Part shown: in pieces, positions 9,312 through 18,873 of the stretch | Layout of the letters: each line of letters begins with the position of its first letter | Position numbering within the stretch: position 1 is the stretch's first letter | Assembly: GCA_038205245.1 (NCBI GenBank) | Contig: JBBRCD010000001.1 | Coordinates: 58,882 to 122,881 of the forward strand | DNA length: 64,000 nt | Direction of reading: 5' to 3' | Source: Burkholderiales bacterium | GTDB lineage: Bacteria > Pseudomonadota > Gammaproteobacteria > Burkholderiales > CAIKXV01 | The notes under the pieces: model-generated | What the model was told of the DNA's origin: nothing | Database searches by the model: none | The model's input: the letters and a program-made list of their open reading frames with translations, nothing else | Translations under genes and position numbers: made by a program

Positions 9312-10184
9312 ATGCTCTACCCGAAGATATTCGTCCAGCTGGAAAAGGTCCGCTGGAACATGGCAGACGATGTCCCTTGGGACAGCTTCGACGCTTCGCG
9401 CCTCAGTGATGAGCAGGCGACGACGATCAAGATGAACGCAATCACCGAGTGGTCGGCACTTCCGGCCACCGAGATGTTCTTGCGCGACAACCGCCATGAC
9501 AGCGATTTCTCGGCGTTCATGTCGGTCTGGTTCTATGAAGAGCAGAAGCACTCGCTGGTGCTGATGGAGTATCTGCGCAAGTTCCGTCCGGACCTGCTGC
9601 CCACCGAAGCCGAGTTGCACGCGGTGCGCTTCGATTTCGACCCTGCGCCCTACCTCGAAACGCTGACCTTGCATTTCTGCGGCGAACTGCGGCTGACCCA
9701 GTGGTATCAGTGTGCAGCCGAATGGCACACCGAGCCGGTGATCCAGCATATCTATCGGCTGATTTCCCATGACGAGGCACGACACGGTGGGGCTTACCTT
9801 CGCTATATGCAGCAGGCGATCGCCAGGCTGGGTGACGAAGCCCGGCGCGCGTTCGCCAAGGTCGGCGTGCTGATGGCCTCGGCGGGCCGGACCGGCCAGC
9901 CCCTGCATCCGACCAACCTGCACGTGAGCAAGGCACTGTTCCCGAACGACACGGTGCAGAGCCGGCTCCCGGATCCGGCGTGGCTGGAGCGCTGGCTCGA
10001 CGAGCAGATCCGCTTCGACAAGGGCTGGGAAACCAAGGTTGTCGGATCGATTCTGAAGAAGCTGTCGACGCTGCTTGGCGAGAGCTTCGACACAGTGCAG
10101 TCGCTCAATCGCTACCGCAAGGTGCTCAATGCGTCGCTGGCGGCCAGCGGGGGCACGCCCCCGGGCACGCCGGTCACGGCCTGA
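9312..10184 (+). CDS. Ferritin-like di-iron carboxylate protein (desaturase/oxidase-like), function unknown
   Basis: Two ExxH motifs ('YEEQKH', 'HDEARH') plus upstream Glu residues ('ITEW', 'CGEL'). The ATG at 9312 lies 48 nt after the regulator stop. Confidence 0.7.
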   Translation: MLYPKIFVQLEKVRWNMADDVPWDSFDASRLSDEQATTIKMNAITEWSALPATEMFLRDNRHDSDFSAFMSVWFYEEQKHSLVLMEYLRKFRPDLLPTEAELHAVRFDFDPAPYLETLTLHFCGELRLTQWYQCAAEWHTEPVIQHIYRLISHDEARHGGAYLRYMQQAIARLGDEARRAFAKVGVLMASAGRTGQPLHPTNLHVSKALFPNDTVQSRLPDPAWLERWLDEQIRFDKGWETKVVGSILKKLSTLLGESFDTVQSLNRYRKVLNASLAASGGTPPGTPVTA

Positions 10185-10664
10185 GTGGTAACAGCAGCAT
10201 TCGAGCGCAAGTGCTGTGCGCCGGACGAGGCGGTCAGGCGGGCAGCCCGCCTGCCGGCGCCGACCGTCTTCACCAACGGCTGCTTCGACCTGTTGCACCG
10301 TGGTCATGTCACATATCTCGATCAGGCGCGCGCGCTGGGCGCCTCGCTGATCGTCGCGCTCAACACCGATGCTTCAGTCAAGCGTCTGGGCAAGGGCGAT
10401 GACCGCCCAGTGAACGAGCTTGAAGACCGGATGGCGGTGGTTGCCGCGCTGGAGAGCGTCGACCTGGTCACCTGGTTCGACGAGGAAACGCCGCTTGCCC
10501 TGATCGTCTCGCTGGCGCCTCAGGTGCTGGCCAAGGGCGGCGACTGGGCTGTCGAGCGGATCGTCGGCGCGGCGCAGGTGCAGGCCAGGGGCGGCACGGT
10601 GGTGTCCATCCCGTTCGTCCACCAGCGCTCCACTACCGGGCTGCTGGCGCGGATTCGCGACTGA
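10185..10664 (+). CDS. rfaE2: D-glycero-beta-D-manno-heptose 1-phosphate adenylyltransferase (stand-alone RfaE domain II / HldC)
   Basis: Cytidylyltransferase motif '[17 protein letters not shown]'. 159 aa. GTG start immediately after the preceding stop. Confidence 0.85.
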   Translation: MVTAAFERKCCAPDEAVRRAARLPAPTVFTNGCFDLLHRGHVTYLDQARALGASLIVALNTDASVKRLGKGDDRPVNELEDRMAVVAALESVDLVTWFDEETPLALIVSLAPQVLAKGGDWAVERIVGAAQVQARGGTVVSIPFVHQRSTTGLLARIRD

Positions 10665-10735
10665 CCGCAGCCCGCTGATGGGCGCGCGCTCGGGGACTTG
10701 TTCCGGGACGCGATAGACCCGACCCCGGCCCGGCT

Positions 10736-11146
10736 TCAAAACACGCGATAGTGCAGTCCGAAGCCGGAGCGGCGTCCCGGTACGCCGTAGAAGAAACTCG
10801 GGCCACAGAAGAAGGGATCGAAACAGCGTCGGCCATACCATGCCGGACCACCCCCGAAGCCGGGACCCCAGCCCCCGCCCCAGGGGCCGGGTCGGTACGC
10901 AGGCCGATACGCCTCGCGGGGCAGGGGTGCTGGCTGGATGTTCACTGGTGGACCCACCTCTTTCGATGGCGGCAACGTGCCTTCGGGCAGGCGCTCCACC
11001 CGTCCAAACTCGGCCGAGGTGGCACAACCGCCAAGCGCAGCCAGCGCCGCCGCGGCGAGCGGCACCGCCAACGACGTGGACAATCTGCTCAGACGGCGGG
11101 CGGGCCACCAGCGATCTGGCTGAAGTGAGGAAACACTGTCGATCAT
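10736..11146 (-). CDS. Small Gly/Pro-rich lipoprotein, hypothetical
   Basis: Lipobox 'ALGGC' after a hydrophobic leader. No family recognised. Confidence 0.45.
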   Translation of the reverse strand: MIDSVSSLQPDRWWPARRLSRLSTSLAVPLAAAALAALGGCATSAEFGRVERLPEGTLPPSKEVGPPVNIQPAPLPREAYRPAYRPGPWGGGWGPGFGGGPAWYGRRCFDPFFCGPSFFYGVPGRRSGFGLHYRVF

Positions 11147-11357
11147 CGCCTTCCCCGGGGGAGCGCCCGACTTTTCGCGGGCGCGTTGGATACATTACAC
11201 CTTCCACAACGCTCTGACCTTGCGCGGCGTTTACCTTGCCACCGGTCTGGCCCGCGGCGCGACCCGGGTGAGTCGTGTTCGGACGAATCTGCTGTCGCAT
11301 CACTGGACGGTGGCGCGATCGATTAACATTGGGCACCGGGTGCAGGGATTGCGCGCA

Positions 11358-13751
11358 ATGAGCAGTGAACCCAATCAAGGTGGTGACGCGTCCGATACGC
11401 TGGCCGGGCAGCTGGCCGGGCAGCCAGCCGATGCGGCGCCCGAGCGCGTTGCCGACAGTGCCCAGAGTGGCGAGCCCGCCCCCCAGCGAGAGCTGATCGC
11501 CAGTCGCGTGCTGCTCGGCATGATCGCCAGCGGCGCCAGCCTGCCGGATGTGCTCGGCGCCTTGTGCAAGAACATCGAGGCGCAGGCGCCGGGCGCGCAT
11601 TGCGCGGTGCTGTTGATCCGGGATGAGCGCGTCCATGTTGCCGCCGCGCCCAGCCTGCCGGAAGCCTACAACCAGGCGATGGACCGGTTGCCTATCGGGC
11701 CGCAGGCCGGGTCATGTGGCAGCGCAGCCTACACCGGGCGGCAGGTGATCGCGCAGGACATTGCCACCCATCCTGCCTGGGTCACCTACGCGCAGATCGC
11801 GCTCAAGCACGGCCTGCGCGCCTCGTGGTCGACGCCGATCCTGGGTACCGCAGGCAAGGTGATGGCCACCTTCGCCGTCTACTACCGCGAACCCAGAGCC
11901 CCGGCGCAGCGCGAACTGGACCTGGTCAACGGCGCCACGGACCTGGCCAGCATCGTGATCGAGCGTGATCGGTCCGCCGCCGCGCTGCGCGACAGCGAGG
12001 CAAGCTATCGCGCGCTGGTGGAGACGGCACCGCTGGGCATCTTCGTCCTGACCAGGGACCGGTTCGTCTACTCGAACGCCGCCCTCGCCCGCATGCTCGG
12101 CGCGGCGAGCACCACCGAACTGATCGGACGCAGCATCGTTGGCCATGTGCAGCGCAGTTCCAGGGCAGGGCTGGCCGAGCGTCTGGCGCACACCGGCAGG
12201 CGCGGCACGACCACCCGGGTCGAGGTAAGGCTGCTGCGCATGAACGGCACCGAGTTCGAGGCCGAAATGATCGCCACGCCGATGAGTTTCGGCGGTGCGC
12301 ATTCGATCCAGTGCATGGTGTCCGACATCTCGGAGCGCAAACGCACCGAGAAGCGAATCAACTACCTTGCCCACTTCGACGATCGCACCGGCCTGCCGAA
12401 CCGCAACCTGTTCGTGGACCGACTTGCGCAGGCTCTCGGCCATGCGCAGCGAAGCGGCAAGGCAGTGGCGCTGCTCTATCTTGACCTGGACCGGTTCAAG
12501 ACGCTGAACGACACGCTCGGCCATGCCGCGGGCGACGTGCTGTTGCGCGCGGCAGGCACCCGACTGACCGAGTGCGTTCGTGCGCACGATACGGTGGCAA
12601 GACTTGGCGGCGACGAGTTCGCGCTCATCCTCGCTGATCTGGCCCAGGCAGAGCAGGCAGAGACCGTGATCGCGAAGATCTTCCAGGCGTTCGAGCGGCC
12701 GTTCACCGTCGAGCGCCGCCAGCTGTTCGTGACACCGTCCATCGGCATCGCCGCCTACCCGCGCGACGGTGCCACCCCGGATCTCCTGCTCAAGCATGCC
12801 GATATCGCGATGTACCGCGCGAAGGCGGCGGGCAAGAACACCTACCGCTTCTACCTGCCCGCGATGGGGCTTGGCCTGTCCGAGAGCCTGGCACTGGAGA
12901 CCGACCTGCCGGGCATCCTGGAGCGCGGCGAACTCGAGCTCCACTACCAGCCGCAGGTCGACGGTGCGACTGGCGATACGGTCGCGGTCGAAGCTCTCCT
13001 GCGCTGGCAGCACCCGCAGCGCGGCGAGCTCACCCCCGAAGCCTTCATTCCGCTGCTGGAAGAGACCGGGCTGATCCGCAGCGTGAGCGCCTGGGCGGTA
13101 CGCCGCGCCTGCCGTGACGCGCGCACCTGGACCGACAGCCGCGGGCGTCCACTGCGCCTCGCGATCAATCTGTCGGCGAGTCAGTTCAAGGATCCACGAC
13201 TCGCCGAACTGATCGAGCAGATCGTCACCGACACCGGCTTCGACCCGCGCCGGCTGGAGTTCGAGATCACCGAACACACACTGATGGAAGACACCAAGGG
13301 CACGCTGGACACGCTGCGCGCCCTGGCCAATCTGGGCACATCGATTTCGGTGGATGACTTCGGCACCGGCTATTCGTCACTGTCCTACCTCAAGCGGTTT
13401 TCGGTGCAGCGGCTAAAGATAGACCGCTCGTTCGTGGCCGAGATCGCCGAGAAGCGCGATACCGCCGCCATCGTCGAGGCGATCATCTCGCTCGCCCGCA
13501 GCCTCTATATCGAAGTGGTCGCCGAGGGTGTCGAGACCGCCGAGCAGCGCGACTTCCTGCTCTCGCACGGCTGCTCGGTGATGCAAGGCTACCTGTTCCA
13601 TCCAGCGCTGGCACCCCAGAAGCTGGAAGCCCTGCTGGCCGCAGGCGCGGGCCTGCGTGCGGTAACCACCAATGGCGGCACGCCAGTACAGGCACCTGCA
13701 GCCGGGCCGTCGGTTGCCGGCGTCACCCCGTTCAGAGCGCGCTCGGTCTAG
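11358..13751 (+). CDS. GAF-PAS-GGDEF-EAL cyclic-di-GMP signalling protein
   Basis: 'RLGGDEFALIL' (GGDEF); 'VAVEALLRW' and 'DDFGTGYSSLSYL' (EAL); PAS/GAF-like N-terminal half. Internal ATG at 11358 chosen. Confidence 0.9.
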   Translation: MSSEPNQGGDASDTLAGQLAGQPADAAPERVADSAQSGEPAPQRELIASRVLLGMIASGASLPDVLGALCKNIEAQAPGAHCAVLLIRDERVHVAAAPSLPEAYNQAMDRLPIGPQAGSCGSAAYTGRQVIAQDIATHPAWVTYAQIALKHGLRASWSTPILGTAGKVMATFAVYYREPRAPAQRELDLVNGATDLASIVIERDRSAAALRDSEASYRALVETAPLGIFVLTRDRFVYSNAALARMLGAASTTELIGRSIVGHVQRSSRAGLAERLAHTGRRGTTTRVEVRLLRMNGTEFEAEMIATPMSFGGAHSIQCMVSDISERKRTEKRINYLAHFDDRTGLPNRNLFVDRLAQALGHAQRSGKAVALLYLDLDRFKTLNDTLGHAAGDVLLRAAGTRLTECVRAHDTVARLGGDEFALILADLAQAEQAETVIAKIFQAFERPFTVERRQLFVTPSIGIAAYPRDGATPDLLLKHADIAMYRAKAAGKNTYRFYLPAMGLGLSESLALETDLPGILERGELELHYQPQVDGATGDTVAVEALLRWQHPQRGELTPEAFIPLLEETGLIRSVSAWAVRRACRDARTWTDSRGRPLRLAINLSASQFKDPRLAELIEQIVTDTGFDPRRLEFEITEHTLMEDTKGTLDTLRALANLGTSISVDDFGTGYSSLSYLKRFSVQRLKIDRSFVAEIAEKRDTAAIVEAIISLARSLYIEVVAEGVETAEQRDFLLSHGCSVMQGYLFHPALAPQKLEALLAAGAGLRAVTTNGGTPVQAPAAGPSVAGVTPFRARSV

Positions 13752-13781
13752 CCGAACTGTCGGGCAGCGAGGGGCAGGCGA

Positions 13782-13808
13782 GGGGACAGACCCTGAGGGT
13801 CTGTCCCC
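13782..13808. terminator. Hairpin between convergent genes (possible bidirectional terminator)
   Basis: GGGGACAGACC-ctgag-GGTCTGTCCCC followed by GTTT. It lies between the stop of the GGDEF-EAL gene and the stop of the SPOR gene. Confidence 0.4.
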
Positions 13809-13856
13809 GTTTCCGCCCAGGCGGGAGAAAGGCGCCCGGTTCGCCCGGCGAACCGA

Positions 13857-14543
13857 TCAACCGCGCCCGCGCAGCACGACCGCTGGGCACTCGATCGCTC
13901 CGAGCGCACTGTCCGGGAAACTGGTCTGCTTGAGTTCGAGCACGCGCGTGGTGACTGCCTCTCCCGGCTCGCGCACCAGCCACTCGATGCCTTCACGGCC
14001 CTTGCGCCCGACCACCGCCGCACTGCGCACCCCCGCCTGCTGCAGCCGGGCCAGATGTTCACGCGCGGACTTCTCATCACCGAACGCGCCCAGGTCGATC
14101 GCGTTGGTCCACTGCGGGTCGTTCTCGACGATGGAGAACCCGCTCAGGCCGAAACCCTTCAGCTCGGCCAGCTTTCGCTGCGCCTCGGCGCGGGTCTTCT
14201 GGGGCGGCATATGCACCCAGAACGAATCTGGACCGACGACTTCACGCGACACCACGCGCTCGGCCGGCACCAGCGCCACCAGCAGCTCGCGCGCGCGCTC
14301 GGCGTCGGCCGGAGCGAACGGTCCCCAGGCAAGGCAGGCGGTCGCGCGCTGGGCTGCCTTCGCGGGCGCGGCGGCAGCAGCAGCAGGCTGGTCCTGGCCG
14401 CCGCCGATCACCCGTACCTGCTGCGCGTTCATCTGCAGATCCAGCAACTGCGCATCCGGATTTCCGCCCGAGCCACCCCACTGCATCGCGGCGCCGAACA
14501 GCACGTTCGCAATCAACAGCAACGCCACCAGCCACCTGATCAT
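13857..14543 (-). CDS. SPOR-domain-like membrane-anchored protein
   Basis: N-terminal TM 'MIRWLVALLLIANVLFGAA'. The C-terminal repeats resemble SPOR. ATGA overlap with the coaX stop. Confidence 0.65.
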   Translation of the reverse strand: MIRWLVALLLIANVLFGAAMQWGGSGGNPDAQLLDLQMNAQQVRVIGGGQDQPAAAAAAPAKAAQRATACLAWGPFAPADAERARELLVALVPAERVVSREVVGPDSFWVHMPPQKTRAEAQRKLAELKGFGLSGFSIVENDPQWTNAIDLGAFGDEKSAREHLARLQQAGVRSAAVVGRKGREGIEWLVREPGEAVTTRVLELKQTSFPDSALGAIECPAVVLRGRG

Positions 14544-15316
14544 CGTCCATCCCCGCTGCAAACATCACCGGCACGATCCTCGATCGCCATCGTCACTGCA
14601 CCCTCCAGCACCAACTGCGGCGCGACCACCGGGGAAAACGGTTGCAACAGCAGCGCGAGCCGCTCTGCTGCCCCACCGGTCATCAGCAACCGTGGCGCAC
14701 CGTGCCCGTCTGCAATGATCGCCTCGCGGGTGCGCTGAACCGCACCGGCCAACGCCTGCAGCGCACCCGTGACTATCGCATCCTGGGTCGACCGCGCAAG
14801 GGGGTGATATTCGCCTTCCTGGTTTGGCAATCGCGCCGTGCCCTGAGCGAGTGCGCCACGCATCAGGTCGTACCCCGCAACGATCAGTCCGCCCAGAAAG
14901 CGGCCATCGGCGGCCAGTGCATCAACCGTCATGGCCGTGCCGACATCGACCACGAGTGACGCCGAGTGGCTTCGGGCGCGCGCGCCAATCAGCGCCGCCC
15001 ATCGATCGGCTCCCAACTGCGCCGGGTCGAGATACAGGTTGCGCACGCCCGCACTGCAGGCTCGGGCGCGCACTGTACGCACCGGCACGCCAAGCCGGGC
15101 GGCCACACGATCGATGGCGTGTTCGAGCGCTGTCTCGGCAACGCTGCAGACGACGATCTCGCGCAACTGGTCAACGGCAGACCATGCTGGCAGGGCAGCG
15201 TCCAGTGAAGCACCGGCCACCGATCCGGCTGAAGCGAAACGCCCGGTCACTGGCAGGTCGCCTGGATGCACCGCCCACTTGATCCGCGAGTTGCCAAGGT
15301 CGATCGCGAGAATCAT
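14540..15316 (-). CDS. coaX: Type III pantothenate kinase
   Basis: 'MILAIDLGNSRIKW' ASKHA phosphate-1 motif. 258 aa. 4-nt overlap with birA. Confidence 0.9.
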   Translation of the reverse strand: MILAIDLGNSRIKWAVHPGDLPVTGRFASAGSVAGASLDAALPAWSAVDQLREIVVCSVAETALEHAIDRVAARLGVPVRTVRARACSAGVRNLYLDPAQLGADRWAALIGARARSHSASLVVDVGTAMTVDALAADGRFLGGLIVAGYDLMRGALAQGTARLPNQEGEYHPLARSTQDAIVTGALQALAGAVQRTREAIIADGHGAPRLLMTGGAAERLALLLQPFSPVVAPQLVLEGAVTMAIEDRAGDVCSGDGR

Positions 15317-16401
15317 TCGATCTCGGCCTGCTGCGACCGCTTGCGGCTGGCAGCGTCGGCGTGACGCACGTGCACCGACCTTGCCGGCTCGCGTGCGCGG
15401 CCCAGTTCGCCGCTGAATACACGGCGTATCTGGCCTCCGGCATCGATACGCAGCGCGCCCTGGTCATCGACGCCGACCATCCGCCCGCGCACCACTTCGC
15501 CATCGGGCAGCACCACCCGCACCGGACGATTCTGGTTCGCACTCTGCGCCTGCCAGTGCGGACGGAAAGCGGCAAAACCTTCGCGGTCAAAGCGGGTCAG
15601 CGTGGTCGCCAACCCGGACAGCACGGCCGCCAGGATCAGGTTTCGATCCAGCTCGGCCAGCCCGGCACGCGCCAGATCGGTCACCGGCTGGTCGATGCTG
15701 TCGACCAGCGCGTCAGTCAGGGACACATTCAGCCCGATACCGATCACCGCAGCGCAGGGACCAAGCATGTCGCCCTTGATCTCGGTCAGCACGCCGGCCA
15801 GCTTGCGCCCGCGCACCTGTACATCATTCGGCCATTTAAGGCTCACCTCGCGCAACCCGAGCGTACGCAACGCATCGGCTATTGCCAGCCCGACCACCAG
15901 ACTCAGCCCTGAGAGATGCATCGCGCCCTTGTCGAACCGCCACAGCAGCGAGAACGTAATCCCGGCACCTGGCGCACTTGCCCAGCGTCGGTCAAACCGG
16001 CCGCGGCCTGCAGTCTGCCACTCGGCCACCAGCACAGTGCCGTGCGGCGCGCCGGCCTCGGCCTGCCGGGCGAGCGCCGTATTGGTCGACTCGCAATGAT
16101 CGAGCACGGTCAACTGAAGACATTGCGCGGTGCGCCCAAGGATGCCTGATACCTTACCGGCATCGATCCAGACCACGGGCTCGGCCAACCGGTAGCCACG
16201 ACCCCGGCCACGCAACACCCTGACCCCGGAGCGCTCGATCGCACCCACCGCGTTCCATATGGTGCTGCGCGACACCGACAGCGAGCGGGCAAGCCCTTCG
16301 CCCGAAGTGTAGCCTGCGGCATCGAGACTGCGCAGCACCTGGAACACCAGGGGCCTGATCACGACCCGGCGTACGACCCGGCCCTCAGCCCCTCGGGTCA
16401 T
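15313..16401 (-). CDS. birA: Bifunctional biotin-[acetyl-CoA-carboxylase] ligase / biotin operon repressor
   Basis: wHTH 'LSVSRSTIWNAVGAIE' and ligase motif 'GRGRFDRRW'. The 487-aa track ORF was trimmed to the ATG at 16401; the start is uncertain. Confidence 0.8.
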   Translation of the reverse strand: MTRGAEGRVVRRVVIRPLVFQVLRSLDAAGYTSGEGLARSLSVSRSTIWNAVGAIERSGVRVLRGRGRGYRLAEPVVWIDAGKVSGILGRTAQCLQLTVLDHCESTNTALARQAEAGAPHGTVLVAEWQTAGRGRFDRRWASAPGAGITFSLLWRFDKGAMHLSGLSLVVGLAIADALRTLGLREVSLKWPNDVQVRGRKLAGVLTEIKGDMLGPCAAVIGIGLNVSLTDALVDSIDQPVTDLARAGLAELDRNLILAAVLSGLATTLTRFDREGFAAFRPHWQAQSANQNRPVRVVLPDGEVVRGRMVGVDDQGALRIDAGGQIRRVFSGELGRAREPARSVHVRHADAASRKRSQQAEIE

Positions 16402-16734
16402 CCTGGAGGCTTCGGCAAGCGCCCGCTTCGTTGGGCGGTCGTCGCGTGGTGTGTGCGGGCCGCGAGTCACTTGAGATGGGTTCGCTCGGTTGTTGCCCAT
16501 GCTAGCACACGGGGCTCCCCCCCCTGCGGGAAGGTCGGTGCCAGACAGGAGGGAGCAACTCGGCGACAGCGACGTCGATCCCTGCCAGCCCGGCCCGAGG
16601 TTCTGACGCCGCGCCGCGCGGCCTACCCCGCGCGCGCTGCGATCAGCTAAGCTTCGGCCACGCCGTAGCGAGCAGAGTTCACCGCAGAGTGCGACCCGCG
16701 TCGGCGCCCTGACACCGGAGCGAGGATAACCGTC

Positions 16735-17754
16735 ATGCCAGAACCGTCGTTGTACGGCTGTGTGCGAGCCTGCCACCGCGCGCGCTCAATATTGTGGATC
16801 GCGCTCGCTGCCCTGAGCCCGGTAGCTGCCACCGCGGTGCACGCCCAGAGCGCAGCGTTCCCGGCCAAGCCGATCCGGGTCATCGTGCCGTTCACCCCGG
16901 GCGGCTTCACTGACCTGATGACCCGTGCCGTAGGCGAGCCATTGGCGAAGAACGTGGCGCAGCCGGTGTTGATCGACAACCGTCCTGGGGCGAACGGGAT
17001 CATCGGCGCCGAGCTGCTGTCCAGGGCCAACCCGGACGGCTACACGATCGGCATGGTGATCGCGGGTCACTCGGCCAGCCAGACGCTCTACGACAAGCTG
17101 CCCTATCACGCAGTGAAGAGCTTCCAGCCGATCTCGCTGGTCGGCGTGGCGCCGCTGATCCTGGTGGCCAGCAACAGCTTCCCGGCCAAGGACCTGAAGG
17201 AACTGCTCGCGGTTGCGCGCGCCAAGCCGGGTTCGATCTCGTTTGCCTCCAGTGGCGTGGGTGCGGCTGCGCATCTCACCATGGAGTTGCTCGCCCAGCA
17301 ACAGGGACTGACCATGACGCATGTGCCGTACAAGGGCACGGCACCCGCGCTCGCCGACCTGATGGGTGGACATATCCAGATCATGTTCGACACCATGTCG
17401 GCGATGCTGCCGCAGGTGCGCGCGGGCAAGATCCGGGCAATCGGCCTGTCGAGCGAGTCGCGCTGGTCGGCTGCCCAGGAGATACCGACACTGGCCGAAG
17501 CCGGCTTGCCCGGCTTTATATCCGGCTCGTGGGCAGGACTGCTCGCCCCGGGCGGCACACCACGATCGGTCGTCGATCGTCTGTCGGGCGAGATCCAGAA
17601 GATCGTGCGGCAACCCGAAGTGCGCGCGCGGATCATCGATCTGGGTGCTGAACCGGTGGGCAACAGGCCGGAGGAGTTTCGCGTGTTCATGGAGAGCGAG
17701 GTCGCGCGCTGGGCGAAGGTGATCAATCAGGCGATGCTGCGCCTGGAGCAATGA
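16735..17754 (+). CDS. Bug/TctC family tripartite tricarboxylate transporter substrate-binding protein
   Basis: Signal peptide followed by 'FPAKPIRVIVPFTPGGFTD'. C-terminal 'PEEFRVFMESEVARWAKVI'. Confidence 0.85.
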   Translation: MPEPSLYGCVRACHRARSILWIALAALSPVAATAVHAQSAAFPAKPIRVIVPFTPGGFTDLMTRAVGEPLAKNVAQPVLIDNRPGANGIIGAELLSRANPDGYTIGMVIAGHSASQTLYDKLPYHAVKSFQPISLVGVAPLILVASNSFPAKDLKELLAVARAKPGSISFASSGVGAAAHLTMELLAQQQGLTMTHVPYKGTAPALADLMGGHIQIMFDTMSAMLPQVRAGKIRAIGLSSESRWSAAQEIPTLAEAGLPGFISGSWAGLLAPGGTPRSVVDRLSGEIQKIVRQPEVRARIIDLGAEPVGNRPEEFRVFMESEVARWAKVINQAMLRLEQ

Positions 17755-18800
17755 GCATGCCGGTCGCCCGAGTCAAACCCGCCATGCGCCGTGCGCATCT
17801 GGCCACTCCGCAGGCAGCCCCGCTGGCAGCCCTTTTGGCATTCCTTCCGGCAGCCCTGCTTGCCCTGATCGTGGTGACACTCGGGTCAGCGGCCGCCATG
17901 GCGCAAGCCTGGCCGTCGCGGCCGATCCGCATCGTGGTGCCGTTCGCGCCTGGCGGGGTCACCGATGTGGTGGCCCGACTGCTCGCCGCGCGCTACACAG
18001 AGGTACTCGGCCAATCGGTCACGGTCGACAATCGCGCAGGCGCGGGCGGCAACATCGGTGCCGAGCTGGTGGTCAGGGCGGCCCCGGACGGCTACACGCT
18101 GCTGTTCTCATCGGCGGCGCTTGCGGTCAATCCGAGCCTGTACTCGAAGCTGAGCTACAACACGCTGAAGGACCTGCTCCCGGTGACTGGGGTCGTGTCA
18201 TCGCCCCAGCTCCTGGTGGTCCACCCCTCAGTGCCGGTAAAGACGGCGAAAGAACTGGTCGCCCTGTCGCGCAAGCGCAAGGGTGGCCTGAACTTCGGCT
18301 CCAATGGCGTCGGTACCACAAGCCATCTGGCAGGCGTGCTGTTTGCTTCGCTCGCCGGCGCCGAGATCACCCATGTGCCATACAAGGGGGCAGGTTCGGT
18401 GGTCGGCGCAATCATCGCCGGCGAAGTCGACATGAGTTTCTTCGCCACATCGGTGGCGCTGCCGCATCTGAAATCTGGTCGCCTGCGCGCGTTGGCGGTC
18501 ACCACGATCAAGCCCACTGCGCTGCTGCCGGACGTGCCGCCACTGGACCGTTTTCTGCCTGGCTTCGACACCGACAACTGGTTCGGCCTGTTTGTCGCCG
18601 CCGGGACCCCGAAAGCGATCATCGACCGCCTGAATGCCGAGACGCTCAAGGCGATCCAGACTGTGGAAATGCGCGCGGCGTTCGAGCGCGACGGCCTGGA
18701 AGCGCTGTCGCTCGGTCCGGCCGAATTCGCCCAATTCTTCATGCGCGAGATGGAAAAGTACGCGAAGCTGGTGAAACTATCCGGGGCGAAGGCAGAGTAG
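17751..18800 (+). CDS. Bug/TctC family substrate-binding protein
   Basis: 'WPSRPIRIVVPFAPGGVTD' and C-terminal 'PAEFAQFFMREMEKYAKLVK'. Confidence 0.85.
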   Translation: MSMPVARVKPAMRRAHLATPQAAPLAALLAFLPAALLALIVVTLGSAAAMAQAWPSRPIRIVVPFAPGGVTDVVARLLAARYTEVLGQSVTVDNRAGAGGNIGAELVVRAAPDGYTLLFSSAALAVNPSLYSKLSYNTLKDLLPVTGVVSSPQLLVVHPSVPVKTAKELVALSRKRKGGLNFGSNGVGTTSHLAGVLFASLAGAEITHVPYKGAGSVVGAIIAGEVDMSFFATSVALPHLKSGRLRALAVTTIKPTALLPDVPPLDRFLPGFDTDNWFGLFVAAGTPKAIIDRLNAETLKAIQTVEMRAAFERDGLEALSLGPAEFAQFFMREMEKYAKLVKLSGAKAE

Positions 18801-18873
18801 CGGCGCGTGGCTGTGCAACCGTTGGCGGCGCTCGCCCTGCGCTCAACCTGAGCTCACCCCACCCCACCCCGGC

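Noticed and set aside
8976-10307. 443-aa minus-strand ORF across the regulator and ferritin-like genes
   Set aside because: It is fully antisense to two ORFs with strong family motifs. Shadow-ORF composition.
11712-13277. 521-aa minus-strand ORF inside the GGDEF-EAL gene
   Set aside because: It is antisense to a gene with intact GGDEF/EAL signatures. No motifs of its own.
15313-16776. Full 487-aa birA track ORF
   Set aside because: The first ~125 codons are Arg/Gly/Ser-rich, lack BirA similarity and run into the divergent Bug gene promoter. The conserved wHTH begins shortly after the ATG at 16401.
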